Positions 10,141-18,854 of a DNA stretch of 64,000 nt are shown piece by piece. Both the position numbers and the translations under genes were made by a program. The stretch covers positions 103,928 through 167,927 of the forward strand of contig WYBL01000026.1 in NCBI GenBank assembly GCA_011526565.1, given 5' to 3'. Each line of letters starts with the position of its first letter. The stretch's first letter is position 1. The stretch is from Acidobacteriota bacterium. Its GTDB lineage: Bacteria; Acidobacteriota; Vicinamibacteria; Fen-336. The notes below the pieces were generated by a model. That model saw only the letters and a list, made by a program, of their open reading frames with translations. It searched no databases and was not told the origin of the DNA.

Positions 10141-11364
10141 TCAGCTCTCGGTGAAGCGGCGCACGCGCTCGTTGCGGAAGTCCCCGGCGATCAGCGCGTG
10201 GACCTCGGGCATGCGCTCGGGATCGATCGAGACGTGGGGGTCGGCGATCGTCGTCTTGGGCATCAGCACGCCCTCGCGGTAGAGCAGGTCGATCGCGTCC
10301 TTGGCGATGCCCTTCTCGTGGTCCGCGACGCCACGGAAGACGTTGTCCTCGTGGGTGTGGGCGCCGCCGATCTTGCCCTTGGACACCAGCTTGCGCAGCA
10401 TCTGGCGGATCACCCGCCGTTTCGGGTTGGGGTCGGCCGCGATCGTGCTCGGGTGGTCGGGCGGCAGGCTCGCGTCTGCTTCCGCCTCGTCGTCGTCCGC
10501 GTCGCCTTCGTCGGCCTCGATCGCCGCGCCGGCCTCGGCGGCGGCCGCCTTCTCGGCCTCGTCGATCGCGAGCGCCCGCTCCAGCTTGCGGCGCAGGTGC
10601 TCGTTCTCCTTCTCGGCGCGTCGCAGCTTCTTCTCGAGGTCGGCGAGGCGCTCCTCCGACGGCGCGGCCGGCGCGGCGGCCGCCACCGCGCCCACGGCCT
10701 CCTGCAGCCGCTTCTCGAACCTCGCGCGCTCGGAGCGCAGCTCGTGGTTCTCGCGGCGCAGCTTCTTGAGCTCGTCGCGCAGCTCCTGCAGGCGGTCGCG
10801 CTCGCTCTCCAGGTGTTTCTTCAGGTCCTCGGCGTCGGCGGCCCAGTCCTCGAGCTCGTCCGCGGTCCGGCTCTGCTCGTCGAGCACGGCCTCGACGAAG
10901 TCCCAGGTCGGCGGCACGCAGGCGGGCGAGCGGCGGTAGGCGCCTACGCACTCCTCGGCCAGCCGCGGAAAGGCCTTGCGCACGTCCTTCTGGCTGGACA
11001 GGGCCGCGTTCCACAGCGCCTCGAGCGGCCGGTCCGGCGCCATCTGCTCCAGCTCGTCGAGGCTCGCGTCGCGGTCCCAGCCGAGCCGGTCGTGCAGCGC
11101 CTGCAGCACGCCGTAGCCCCAGTCCAGCGAGCGCTCGATCAGCGAGGCGCCCATCGAGGCCCACACCTCGGGCGGCAGCTCGGCGGCCTCGCGCTTCGGG
11201 AAGTTGGGCTTGACCAGCCGGCGCAGCGAGTCGAGCGGCAGCGTGCCGCGCACCAGCGTCTGCACTGCGCGTTCCTTCGACAGGCGAGCCACCGCCTCGT
11301 TCAGGACGTTGTCAGGAGGCAACGGGCGCCGCTTCTCGTCGCGGGCCGATTCCTGGGCGCTCAC
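10141..11364 (-). CDS. Hypothetical protein with a central charged coiled-coil
   Basis: There is a long, well-composed ORF. It has a heptad-like acidic/basic segment (LKKHLESERDRLQELRDELKKLRRENHELRSERARFEKRLQ). The C-terminus is KIGGAHTHEDNVFRGVADHEKGIAKDAIDLLYREGVL. No family was recognised. Confidence 0.55.
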   Translation of the reverse strand: MSAQESARDEKRRPLPPDNVLNEAVARLSKERAVQTLVRGTLPLDSLRRLVKPNFPKREAAELPPEVWASMGASLIERSLDWGYGVLQALHDRLGWDRDASLDELEQMAPDRPLEALWNAALSSQKDVRKAFPRLAEECVGAYRRSPACVPPTWDFVEAVLDEQSRTADELEDWAADAEDLKKHLESERDRLQELRDELKKLRRENHELRSERARFEKRLQEAVGAVAAAAPAAPSEERLADLEKKLRRAEKENEHLRRKLERALAIDEAEKAAAAEAGAAIEADEGDADDDEAEADASLPPDHPSTIAADPNPKRRVIRQMLRKLVSKGKIGGAHTHEDNVFRGVADHEKGIAKDAIDLLYREGVLMPKTTIADPHVSIDPERMPEVHALIAGDFRNERVRRFTES

Positions 11365-11427
11365 CGCTCCAGTCTAGCAAGCGCGCGGCGATTCGCCCGC
11401 CCGGCGGAGCGATACAATGACGGGACC

Positions 11428-11664
11428 ATGAGCGACATCAAGATCACCGTGCGCAACAACGGGCCGCTGCGGCTCGAGGGCAACATGACGATCGTCGACG
11501 CGGACGGCAACGCCTACGGGCTGGCCGGCCGGAGCGTCGTCTCGCTGTGTCGCTGCGGGCACTCGGCCAACAAGCCGTTCTGCGACGGCGCCCACAACCG
11601 GCAGGGCTTCGCCTCGGAGTGCAGGGCTTTCGAGCTGCCGCCGCCGGCGGCGCCGAAGGCCTGA
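11428..11664 (+). CDS. CDGSH-type iron-sulfur domain protein
   Basis: SLCRCGHSANKPFCDGAHNRQGF is the CDGSH motif. There is an ATG at 11428. A TACAAT hexamer lies 9 nt upstream. Confidence 0.8.
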   Translation: MSDIKITVRNNGPLRLEGNMTIVDADGNAYGLAGRSVVSLCRCGHSANKPFCDGAHNRQGFASECRAFELPPPAAPKA

Positions 11665-11722
11665 GAGGACGGCGCTGAACCGCCGGACGACCCGCGGGCT
11701 GCAACTCGCGGTCGCCCTGCTG

Positions 11723-12169
11723 GTGGCGTTCGCCGGCCTTGCCGGCGACGCGTTCTCGCGCTGGTTCGGCTCGGCGCCTGCGGCCGAGCCGCGGGTGGCG
11801 ACGGTCCCCGCGCCGGGCCCGGGAGGCGCGGGCGCCGAAGCGAAGGAGTCGACGCCCGACGCCTCGCCGGCGCTCGCTTCCGTCGGCGACGCCCGGCGCG
11901 ATCGACAGATCGCCGGCGTCGTGGCGGCGATGGACCGCACGGGCCGGCCGCCCGAAGGCGTCGCCCAGGGCGGGAGGCGCGGGGGACAGCGCGGCCTGTT
12001 CGAGAACGCCGAGGGCCGGCTGCCGCGCCGGCCCCGCGGCTACTACGTCGAGAGCGACGTCTGGCCGCGCGGTCCCGGGGGCCGCGGCGCCGAGCGGCTG
12101 GTCTTCGGCCGCGAGGGCGAGGTGTACTACACCAGCGACCACTACGATTCGTTCACGAGGTTGCGCTGA
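11723..12169 (+). CDS. Barnase-family (microbial RNase N1/T1/Sa-like) ribonuclease, probably secreted. The start may be an upstream in-frame CTG at 11675, which would add an RR-containing signal peptide.
   Basis: The C-terminal half, FENAEGRLPRRPRGYYVESDVWPRGPGGRGAERLVFGREGEVYYTSDHYDSFTRLR, parallels barnase ...FSNREGKLP...RILYSSDWLIYKTTDHYQTFTKIR. Confidence 0.7.
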   Translation: MAFAGLAGDAFSRWFGSAPAAEPRVATVPAPGPGGAGAEAKESTPDASPALASVGDARRDRQIAGVVAAMDRTGRPPEGVAQGGRRGGQRGLFENAEGRLPRRPRGYYVESDVWPRGPGGRGAERLVFGREGEVYYTSDHYDSFTRLR

Positions 12170-12588
12170 TGGCGGACTGGGTCGACCTGCACGAGGACTG
12201 GCCGGACCTGCGCGGCACCTTCCTGCACGCGTGGCCCGAGGCGGAGGTCGGCGCGCTGCGGGCGCGGCTGGAAGCGCGGGGCTTCCGCACGCTCTACGTC
12301 GACACCCGCGAGGGGAGCTTCCTCGACGGCCTGGCGGCGGGCCTGGGACGCGCGCGCGGCCCCGGGCTCGACGCCGCCAACGACCTGCTGCTCGACTGGG
12401 CGGGGCTCGACCGCGCGCCGCGCGCGGTGGTGTGGAGCGGCGCCGACGCCCTGGCCGCCCGCGACGCCCAGGCCTGTCTCGACGCCCTCTGGCTGCTCGA
12501 GGCGCTGGTCCCCTCCGACTACGCCGAGCCGCAGTGCGAGGTGTTCGTCGCGGGCGCGGGGCCCGCCTACCTCCGCCGCAGCACGTAG
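12169..12588 (+). CDS. Barstar-like ribonuclease inhibitor (immunity protein), start-coupled to the RNase gene (TGATG)
   Basis: It lies immediately downstream of the barnase-like gene with a 1-nt stop/start overlap. It is acidic, with CLDALWLLEAL resembling the barstar DALWD segment. The size (139 aa) is larger than barstar. Confidence 0.55.
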   Translation: MADWVDLHEDWPDLRGTFLHAWPEAEVGALRARLEARGFRTLYVDTREGSFLDGLAAGLGRARGPGLDAANDLLLDWAGLDRAPRAVVWSGADALAARDAQACLDALWLLEALVPSDYAEPQCEVFVAGAGPAYLRRST

Positions 12589-13400
12589 AAGGGGCGGCGG
12601 CGACCGCTCGCCTCGGTCGGGGCGAAGTCGGCGGCGACGTAGCCGCGGCCGAGGTACGCCGAGAGTGCGACCCGCACCTTGCGCTGCCAGTCGGAGGCGA
12701 CCCGCGGCGCGGCGGAGCTGAGCACGTCCCAGTCGGGCGGGATCTCGAGCAGCAGCGACTCGGCCTCGAGTTCCGTGCTGGGCTCGGAGGAGACCGGCCA
12801 GCCCGCCTTCCACACGACCTCGTTGACCGGCTCGCCGTCCGGGGTCGCGACGCTGCGCGGCAGTTCGCCGGCCGCGGCGCGCTCGCGGACCCGCTCGGAG
12901 TCCAGGTCCCAGCGCACGACCAGGCGGTCGGTGGGCAGCCCGTGATGCAGCGACGAGGTCGTGATGCCGTACATGTCGGGCACGAACTCCGGCGCGACGG
13001 CGCCGAGCCGGCGCAGGTTGAGGTTGGCGTTGCGCGCCTGGAGCGGGTCGAAGGTCCAGGTCACGAAGGACAGGCCGCGGGCCAGCGCTTCGTCGCGCTG
13101 CGCCCACTTGAGACGCGCTCCGATGCCCTGCGCCTGGCGGTTGGGCAGCACCGCCAGCATGTCGGAGTGCAGGTGCGGCACGCCGCCCTTGATCGCGGGG
13201 AACGCGTAGCAGAAGCCCACCGCGCGCCCGTCTGCGCCCTCGGCGAGGTGCACGATCCCGCCCGCGTGCACGGTGGCGATCAACTGGATCGCCGAGGTGA
13301 TCTCGAGGTCGTGCAGGCCCCACACGGCGCGCTGCAACTCGACGCACGCGTCGTAGTCGGCCCGCGACCCCGCGGGCCGGATGCGGATCTCTTCGCTCAT
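12567..13400 (-). CDS. GNAT-family N-acetyltransferase with C-terminal extension
   Basis: ATG start at MSEEIRIRPA. The acetyl-CoA motif region is VHLAEGADGRAVGFCYAFP...RQAQGIGARLKWAQRDEALARGLSFVTWTFDPL. Confidence 0.7.
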   Translation of the reverse strand: MSEEIRIRPAGSRADYDACVELQRAVWGLHDLEITSAIQLIATVHAGGIVHLAEGADGRAVGFCYAFPAIKGGVPHLHSDMLAVLPNRQAQGIGARLKWAQRDEALARGLSFVTWTFDPLQARNANLNLRRLGAVAPEFVPDMYGITTSSLHHGLPTDRLVVRWDLDSERVRERAAAGELPRSVATPDGEPVNEVVWKAGWPVSSEPSTELEAESLLLEIPPDWDVLSSAAPRVASDWQRKVRVALSAYLGRGYVAADFAPTEASGRRRPFYVLRRR

Positions 13401-13426
13401 GGGCGCGGAGTCTACCAAGCCGCGCG

Positions 13427-14392
13427 TCAGCGGCGGCGGCCGGTGCGATGGTCGGCTGCGGCAGCGGAGCGGTACCACTCGACCGCCTGCCGCAACCCGT
13501 CCATGAAGTCGACCCGCGGTTCCCACCCGAGCTCCGCGCGGGCGCGACGGCCGTCGCCGCACATGCGCCAGATCTCGTTCGGGCGGTCAGGCCGTGCCCG
13601 GACCTCGAGCGGCAGGCTCGATCCGGTCAGGGCATGCACCTGTTGCGCCACCTCGAGAACGGTCCGCTCCCGGCCGCTCGCCAGGTTGACGGGCCCCCGC
13701 GGCACCTGCTCCGCCACGGCCGCGGCCAGGATGCCGCGAACGAGGTCGCTCACGTGGTTGAACTCGCGAGTCTGGCGGCCCGACGAGATCCGCAGCGGCT
13801 GGCCGGCCAGGCCCGCGAGGATCAGCTCGGGAATCACCGCCTTCGCGGACTGGCCGGGACCGTAGGCGTTGAAGGGGCGGAGGATCACCACCTCGGGCCC
13901 GCCGGTCCGGCCCTGGAAAAGACGGCAGTACTGCTCGCCGGCCAGCTTGCTGACGCCGTAGGGCGAGGCCGGCTCGGGGGCGAAGCCCTCCTCGAACGGC
14001 ACCCGCTCCAGCCGTCCGTAGACCTCGGAGGTCGAGACGTGCACGAAGCGGCCGACTTCGCGGCACTCGTCGAGCAGGTTGGCCGTGCCCTTCGCGTTGA
14101 CGTCGAAGCACTCCTCGACCTGGACGAAGCTCTGCCCGACGTGGTTGTAGGCCGCGAGGTGGAACACCACGTCGACGCGGCGGCGCAGCGCCTCGCGCAG
14201 GGCCCCGCGGTTGCGCAGGTCGGCCTCGAGGACCTCGAGGTCCGTCCACACCTCGCGCAGCCGCGGGTTCCGCAGCGGATCGCGATAGCGCACGAGCGCC
14301 CGCACCGCCGCTCCGCCCTCGAGCAGCGCCTTCGTCAGCCACGAGCCGATGAACCCGGAAGCCCCCGTGACCAGGACCGCTCGGCCCTTCAT
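13427..14392 (-). CDS. NAD-dependent sugar epimerase/dehydratase (extended SDR; UDP-glucose 4-epimerase / dTDP-glucose 4,6-dehydratase-like)
   Basis: The glycine motif is MKGRAVLVTGASGFIGSWL. The catalytic motif is PASPYGVSKLAGEQY (YxxxK). There is an ATGA overlap with the upstream nucleotidyltransferase. Confidence 0.85.
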   Translation of the reverse strand: MKGRAVLVTGASGFIGSWLTKALLEGGAAVRALVRYRDPLRNPRLREVWTDLEVLEADLRNRGALREALRRRVDVVFHLAAYNHVGQSFVQVEECFDVNAKGTANLLDECREVGRFVHVSTSEVYGRLERVPFEEGFAPEPASPYGVSKLAGEQYCRLFQGRTGGPEVVILRPFNAYGPGQSAKAVIPELILAGLAGQPLRISSGRQTREFNHVSDLVRGILAAAVAEQVPRGPVNLASGRERTVLEVAQQVHALTGSSLPLEVRARPDRPNEIWRMCGDGRRARAELGWEPRVDFMDGLRQAVEWYRSAAAADHRTGRRR

Positions 14393-15111
14393 CGCCGCCA
14401 CTCCCGCATCCCGGGCCGGAAGCGGGCGCGAGCCTCGATCAGTTCGTCTGCGGTGTTGAACGTGAGGTGGTGGCCCCGGTGGCGGTGGGCCGCCAGCCGG
14501 CCGGCCCGGGCCAGCGCCTGGAGCAGGGCGTCGAGGTCGGTTCCGGACCGCAGCCGGTCGAGCGCGGCCGGCTCGCACAGCACGAACCCCACGTTCATCC
14601 AGTGGGGCAGCAGCGGCTTCTCGCGAAAGCGGCATACCCGGCCGTCGGCGGCGACCTCGGCGATCCCACCGGCCGCCCGCATCGGGACCACGGTGATGGT
14701 GGCCAGCGCCGCGCGCGCGCGATGGCGGCGGGCGAGCGCCCGCAGGTCCACGTCCGCCAGGGTGTCGCCGTAGCAGACGAGGACGCGGCCCGGGCAGTGG
14801 CGACGCGCGGCGATCAGGCGGTCGCTCATCGCCGCGGCCCCCGAGTCGACCACGACGACCTGGCGCCCGCGGCGACGCTCGCGGGAGGAGAAGGACGCGA
14901 ACGCCGCCGCTCCGTTTCCGACGGCGATCACGAAGCGCGTGATCCCCTGTCGCGCGAGGTCGTCGAGGAGCCGGCCCAGGATCGGCCGCCCGGCGAGCGG
15001 CACCAGCGGCTTGGGCACGAAGGCCGAGAGCGGGCGCAGGCGCCGAGCCTCGCCGCCGCACAGGATCACTGCGGTCAGGGAGTCGATTCCGGTTTCGGAG
15101 GCCGCGGTCAT
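14389..15111 (-). CDS. Sugar-phosphate nucleotidyltransferase (NDP-sugar pyrophosphorylase family)
   Basis: AVILCGGEARRLRPLSAFVPKPLVPLAGRPIL is the canonical NTP-transferase N-terminal signature. Confidence 0.8.
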   Translation of the reverse strand: MTAASETGIDSLTAVILCGGEARRLRPLSAFVPKPLVPLAGRPILGRLLDDLARQGITRFVIAVGNGAAAFASFSSRERRRGRQVVVVDSGAAAMSDRLIAARRHCPGRVLVCYGDTLADVDLRALARRHRARAALATITVVPMRAAGGIAEVAADGRVCRFREKPLLPHWMNVGFVLCEPAALDRLRSGTDLDALLQALARAGRLAAHRHRGHHLTFNTADELIEARARFRPGMREWRR

Positions 15112-15122
15112 CGGTCGCCGAG

Positions 15123-15142
15123 GCTAGCAGGCTCCTGCTAGC
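15123..15142. promoter_or_regulatory. Perfect 20-bp palindrome GCTAGCAGG-CT-CCTGCTAGC, a likely operator. It fills the ~38-bp divergent gap between the nucleotidyltransferase operon (minus) and the NTP_transf_5-like gene (plus).
   Basis: Read directly from the sequence. It sits 8 nt upstream of the ATG at 15150 and 12 nt from the minus-strand start at 15111. Confidence 0.5.
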
Positions 15143-15143
15143 T

Positions 15144-16250
15144 TTGGGCATGAGCGTGGCGCCGGCGGCCGGAGTCGTCGACTGCTGGCCACGGCCCGTC
15201 GAAGAACTCGTGCTCCAGGCCGGGCTCGGCGAAGGCGCGGCGCGAGACCGGGCCCTGTCGCAACTCGCCGGCCTCGACGTCACCGTCGAACGCCTGTCGC
15301 CCCAGGCGTTGCGCCTGCTCCCGCTCGCCCTGCAGGGAGCTCGCGCCGCCGGGGCTTCCGAGGCGCCGTGGATGGTGGCCGCGGAAGCCGTGTATGCCGG
15401 CTCCTGGCAGCGCCACGAACGCGCCTCGCCGCGCGTGGTCCGCGCCCTGCGAGCCCTCGCGGCCGCGGGCGTTCCCGTTCTCGTGCTGAAGGGCTGGGCG
15501 CTGGGCGACGTCTACGAAGACCCTGCGCTGCGGCCGGCCTCCGACCTCGACCTGCTGGTGCCCGCGGGCTCGTTCGAGGCCGCGGCCCGTGCGCTGGCCG
15601 GCGGAGGCTTTCGTCCACTCGCGGGCCCGGGCCCGACGGCGCACGCGCAGGCCTTCACCGCCCCCGACCTCGACGTCGACCTCCACCATCACGCGCTCGA
15701 GGAGTTCGTCGGCACCGCGCACGACGCCGCGCTGTGGGCCGACGCGGTCGCTTTCGACCTGTTCGGGCACGAGGCGCTACGGCTGGCCCCGATCGACCGG
15801 CTCCTGCTGACGTGCACCCACGGGCTGCGCTGGACGCCGGCCCCGGCTCTCCACTGGATCGCGGACGCGACGCTGGAGATCCGCACCCAGGGAGACGCGC
15901 TCGACTGGGATCGGCTCGCCGTGCGCGCCGAGGCCTTCGAACTCGCCTTGCCACTGCGGGCGGGCCTCGACTATCTCTCCGGGCTGGGCCTCGTGGTCGT
16001 GCCGCCGGAAGTGCTCCGCGCGCTCCACGCGGTCGGCGCACCGTGGGCCCGGCGGGTCGCGTTCGAAGCACGGCAGCGGGCCCCGGAGCGGCGCGGGCTG
16101 CTGCACGCCTGGGCGGTGCGCCACGAGTTCCGGAGACGGGCGCGGCGTGCGGGGTTCTCGCGCGCGCTGCACGCGGGGGGCTGGCGGCAGGACCTCGCCG
16201 GACTGTGGCGCGCGCTGCGCGTCTCGCTCGGGCTCAGCGCTCGCGGCTGA
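15144..16250 (+). CDS. NTP_transf_5-like (PF14907-type) uncharacterised nucleotidyltransferase. This is the family seen in kinase-containing lasso-peptide clusters. The probable true ATG is at 15150.
   Basis: ASDLDLLVPAGSFEAAARALAGGGF resembles the nucleotidyltransferase G[SG]xxDxD core. Size is about 365 aa. It is in genomic context with PqqD/HprK-like genes. Confidence 0.55.
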   Translation: MGMSVAPAAGVVDCWPRPVEELVLQAGLGEGAARDRALSQLAGLDVTVERLSPQALRLLPLALQGARAAGASEAPWMVAAEAVYAGSWQRHERASPRVVRALRALAAAGVPVLVLKGWALGDVYEDPALRPASDLDLLVPAGSFEAAARALAGGGFRPLAGPGPTAHAQAFTAPDLDVDLHHHALEEFVGTAHDAALWADAVAFDLFGHEALRLAPIDRLLLTCTHGLRWTPAPALHWIADATLEIRTQGDALDWDRLAVRAEAFELALPLRAGLDYLSGLGLVVVPPEVLRALHAVGAPWARRVAFEARQRAPERRGLLHAWAVRHEFRRRARRAGFSRALHAGGWRQDLAGLWRALRVSLGLSARG

Positions 16251-16965
16251 GCGGTCGTTGGCTTCCGCGCCCGCGGGCGACGGCGGCCCGCACGATCTCA
16301 CGCGCCGCGCGCGTTCGGCCGCGGACGATGCGGCTTCGAGAACGCTGCTGGAGCCGCCACACCATCGCGAGCAGACCCGGGACCCCGACGAACGTGGCCC
16401 GCTCACGCAGCCGCAGCATCAGGTCCCAGTCTTCCGACAACCGAAGGTGCGGAGCGTAACCGCCGACCGCCTTCAGCAAGCCGGTGCGGATCAGGCTCGC
16501 GGCATGGCAGATCCGGCCCGTCATCAGGTCCCACTGCGTGACCGGGGTCACGCCGATCAGCCGCGGCGGGCGCCGTCGGTCGGCGAACGTCTGGACGAGC
16601 AGGCCGCTCGCCGCGCCGGCGCCCGGGTTCGCGCGCAGCGCCTTCACCAGCGCAGACAGCGCTCCCGGCAGCAGCAGGTCGTCGGCGTCGCACGGGCTGC
16701 AGTAGGGTCCGCGCGCCAGCGCCAGCAGCCGGTTGCGGGTCGCCGCCGGAAACAGCCGCCGGCGATTGCGCAGCAGCCGCACCCGCGGATCGTGCCGCCA
16801 GGCGGCGAGCTTCGCCCAGGTGCCGTCCGTCGAGGCGTCGTCGCAGATCAGCAGCTCGAGGCGGACGCCGCGCTGCGACAACACGCAAACGATCTGCTCC
16901 TCGACCAGGTGCTCGGCGTTGCGGACGGCCATCAGCACGCTGACCTCGGGCCGGCGCTCGGTCAT
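16234..16965 (-). CDS. Family 2 glycosyltransferase
   Basis: VSVLMAVRNAEHLVEEQIVCVLSQ...LLICDDASTDGTW...SPCDADDLLLPGAL are the GT2 DxD motifs. ATGA overlap with upstream gene. Confidence 0.8.
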   Translation of the reverse strand: MTERRPEVSVLMAVRNAEHLVEEQIVCVLSQRGVRLELLICDDASTDGTWAKLAAWRHDPRVRLLRNRRRLFPAATRNRLLALARGPYCSPCDADDLLLPGALSALVKALRANPGAGAASGLLVQTFADRRRPPRLIGVTPVTQWDLMTGRICHAASLIRTGLLKAVGGYAPHLRLSEDWDLMLRLRERATFVGVPGLLAMVWRLQQRSRSRIVRGRTRAAREIVRAAVARGRGSQRPLSRER

Positions 16966-17666
16966 GGCCGGGTAGCTCGGCGTTGCCGTGCACGGCGGGC
17001 GAGGCTCAGGAAGGCGCGGGCCCAGTCCGGCCGCCGGCCACCGCGGGCCCGCCGCCGATAGACGTAGGTCAGCGCCCCCGGCACCAGCCGCAACTGCGTG
17101 ACCTCCGCGAGCTTCAACGTCAGGCTGACGCTGTCGAGTGGCGTGTCTTCGTCGTAGCCGCCGACGCCGAGCGCCAGCTCCCGGCGCAGCAGGGCGCCGG
17201 CGTGGTTGGCGGTGAACTCGAACAGGTCGGCGCCCGGGTCGTGCTGCCGGCCGCGCACCCACGGCGCGCGCTGCAGGCGCCTCCCGCGGCCCGTCTCCAG
17301 CATCAGGAAGCTGCCGTAGCAGTAACCGACCGCGGGATGGCGATCCAGGAAGCGGGCGAGGCGCGACACGCTGCCGGGCAGCAGCCAGTCGTCGGCGTCG
17401 CAAGGCATCACGTAGGCGCCGCGCGCCGCGCGCAGGAGCCGGTTGCGCACGGCGCCCACGGTGGTGCCGACCGCGTTGCGCAGCAGGCGCACGCGGGGGT
17501 CGCCGCGGAAGCGCTCCAGCTCGGCCCAGGTGCCGTCGGCCGAGCCGTTGTCGCAGGCGACCAGCTCGAAGCTCGCGTGGTCCTGGGCCAGCACGCAGCG
17601 CACCTGCTCCGCGACGAAGCGCTCGGCGTTGCGCGCCGGCATCAGCACCGAGACGCGCGGGCTCAA
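16962..17666 (-). CDS. Family 2 glycosyltransferase (second copy)
   Basis: VSVLMPARNAERFVAEQVRCVLAQ...LVACDNGSADGTW...MPCDADDWLLPGSV. The TTG start overlaps the PqqD-like stop (cgaTTGAgccc). Confidence 0.75.
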   Translation of the reverse strand: MSPRVSVLMPARNAERFVAEQVRCVLAQDHASFELVACDNGSADGTWAELERFRGDPRVRLLRNAVGTTVGAVRNRLLRAARGAYVMPCDADDWLLPGSVSRLARFLDRHPAVGYCYGSFLMLETGRGRRLQRAPWVRGRQHDPGADLFEFTANHAGALLRRELALGVGGYDEDTPLDSVSLTLKLAEVTQLRLVPGALTYVYRRRARGGRRPDWARAFLSLARRARQRRATRP

Positions 17667-18073
17667 TCGAGCTGGCCGAGGTACTTCAGGTTCCCGCGCT
17701 TCTCGAGGCGGGGCGCCCGATACGGCTGCGCGGCCGCGGCCCGCGCGCGCCGCGGCGCCGGAGCCGGATCGGCGAGAGTCCCCGGCTCGGCCAGCAGGCC
17801 CGCGGAGCGGAGCTGGCGGACGAACGCGTCGAAGTCCTTCGCCACCCGGGCCTCGGTGCCGCCGAGGGCCGCCGCCACCGCGGTGCAGATCGCCTCGCGC
17901 GTGGTGCGGCCGTCGAGCCGCTTCCAGATCGCGAGCGCCGCGCCGGCGAGTCCGTAGTACTCGCCGTTGGCCAGATCGAGCAGCATGCCTTCCTGCGGTC
18001 CGAACTCCTTGAACGGCACGTCGTCCCGGCGGCAGGGGAGCGCCGCGGGTGTTCGATTGCGATCTCGCGTCAT
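17663..18073 (-). CDS. PqqD-family peptide-binding chaperone (RiPP recognition element-like; lasso B1-like)
   Basis: VPFKEFGPQEGMLLDLANGEYYGLAGAALAIWKRLDGRTTREAICTAVAAALGGTEARVAKDFDAFVRQLRSAGLL follows the PqqD pattern. It has a Pro/Ala-rich tail. ATG at 18073. Confidence 0.7.
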   Translation of the reverse strand: MTRDRNRTPAALPCRRDDVPFKEFGPQEGMLLDLANGEYYGLAGAALAIWKRLDGRTTREAICTAVAAALGGTEARVAKDFDAFVRQLRSAGLLAEPGTLADPAPAPRRARAAAAQPYRAPRLEKRGNLKYLGQLD

Positions 18074-18096
18074 CCGCGGGAACGTAGCAGACGGGA

Positions 18097-18843
18097 ATGG
18101 GACCGGCAAAGAAGGTGGGGCCACGGCTGTTCGTCTTCGGGGGCTGCGACCCGCTCTCCGCGGGGGCGGCCGCTGCGCTCTCGCGGGCGATGCTGCGCCG
18201 TGCCTGCGCGGGTCCGCGCCCGCCCCGGCTCGGCCTGCTGGTGGCGGACGGCGTGGAGTCGGCGGACCTGGCCGGGTGGACGGCTCGCGCGCGCGGCTCC
18301 GGGCTGACGCTCGCCATCGCCGGCTTCGAGGACGTCCTGGCGGCCGCAGTCGCGGGCGACCTGGAGCTCGTGCACGTGCCGGCAGGCCACACCGCGCACC
18401 TGCTGCACCGCCTGGCCCCGTGGTCCGCGAGCCTGCGCGCTCGATGGGAGCGCGGGCTCGTGCTCTCGGGGCAGAGCGGCGGCGGGGCGTGTTTCGCGTT
18501 CCGGCTTTGGAGCGCGTCGCGTTTCGGGACGCCGGAATGGATCGACGGCCTTGGCTTCCTGCCCGTGGCACTGGGCGCGCACTTCGATCAGCCGATGTGG
18601 GCGACGCCCGAGTTGCCGGTGCCGGGGTTCGACGGGGACGTGCTGGCGCTCGATCACCACGCCGTGCTCGACTGGACGCCGGCGCGCGTCGCGTGCGTCG
18701 CCGCCCAGCCTGGCGCTCGAGCCTGGCGCCTGCGGGCGGGGCGGCAGCCGACGCCACTGCCAGCGCGCGATCTCAGCCGCATCCTCGCGTGGTGCACGCG
18801 CGGACGCCGCGCGCTCGGCCGGCTCGTCGGCCGCGCCCTGTAG
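18097..18843 (+). CDS. Peptidase S51-family protein (dipeptidase E/cyanophycinase-like; class I glutamine amidotransferase-like fold)
   Basis: Three blocks align with PepE. LFVFGGCDPLSAGAAAAL aligns with IIVGGGNTFQLL. LVLSGQSGGGACFAF aligns with YIGWSAGANLAC (Ser nucleophile). GLGFLPVALGAHFDQ aligns with LDLFPLQINPHFTN (His). The gene is divergent from PqqD with only a 24-bp gap. Confidence 0.6.
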   Translation: MGPAKKVGPRLFVFGGCDPLSAGAAAALSRAMLRRACAGPRPPRLGLLVADGVESADLAGWTARARGSGLTLAIAGFEDVLAAAVAGDLELVHVPAGHTAHLLHRLAPWSASLRARWERGLVLSGQSGGGACFAFRLWSASRFGTPEWIDGLGFLPVALGAHFDQPMWATPELPVPGFDGDVLALDHHAVLDWTPARVACVAAQPGARAWRLRAGRQPTPLPARDLSRILAWCTRGRRALGRLVGRAL

Positions 18844-18854
18844 AATCCGCGCGC

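Noticed and set aside
8549-11164. 871-aa minus ORF and 796-aa plus ORF 9274..11664
   Set aside because: Only their terminal segments (TBDR plug; CDGSH) look protein-like. The remainder is antisense to ygfZ and the coiled-coil gene and is low-complexity Arg/Gly.
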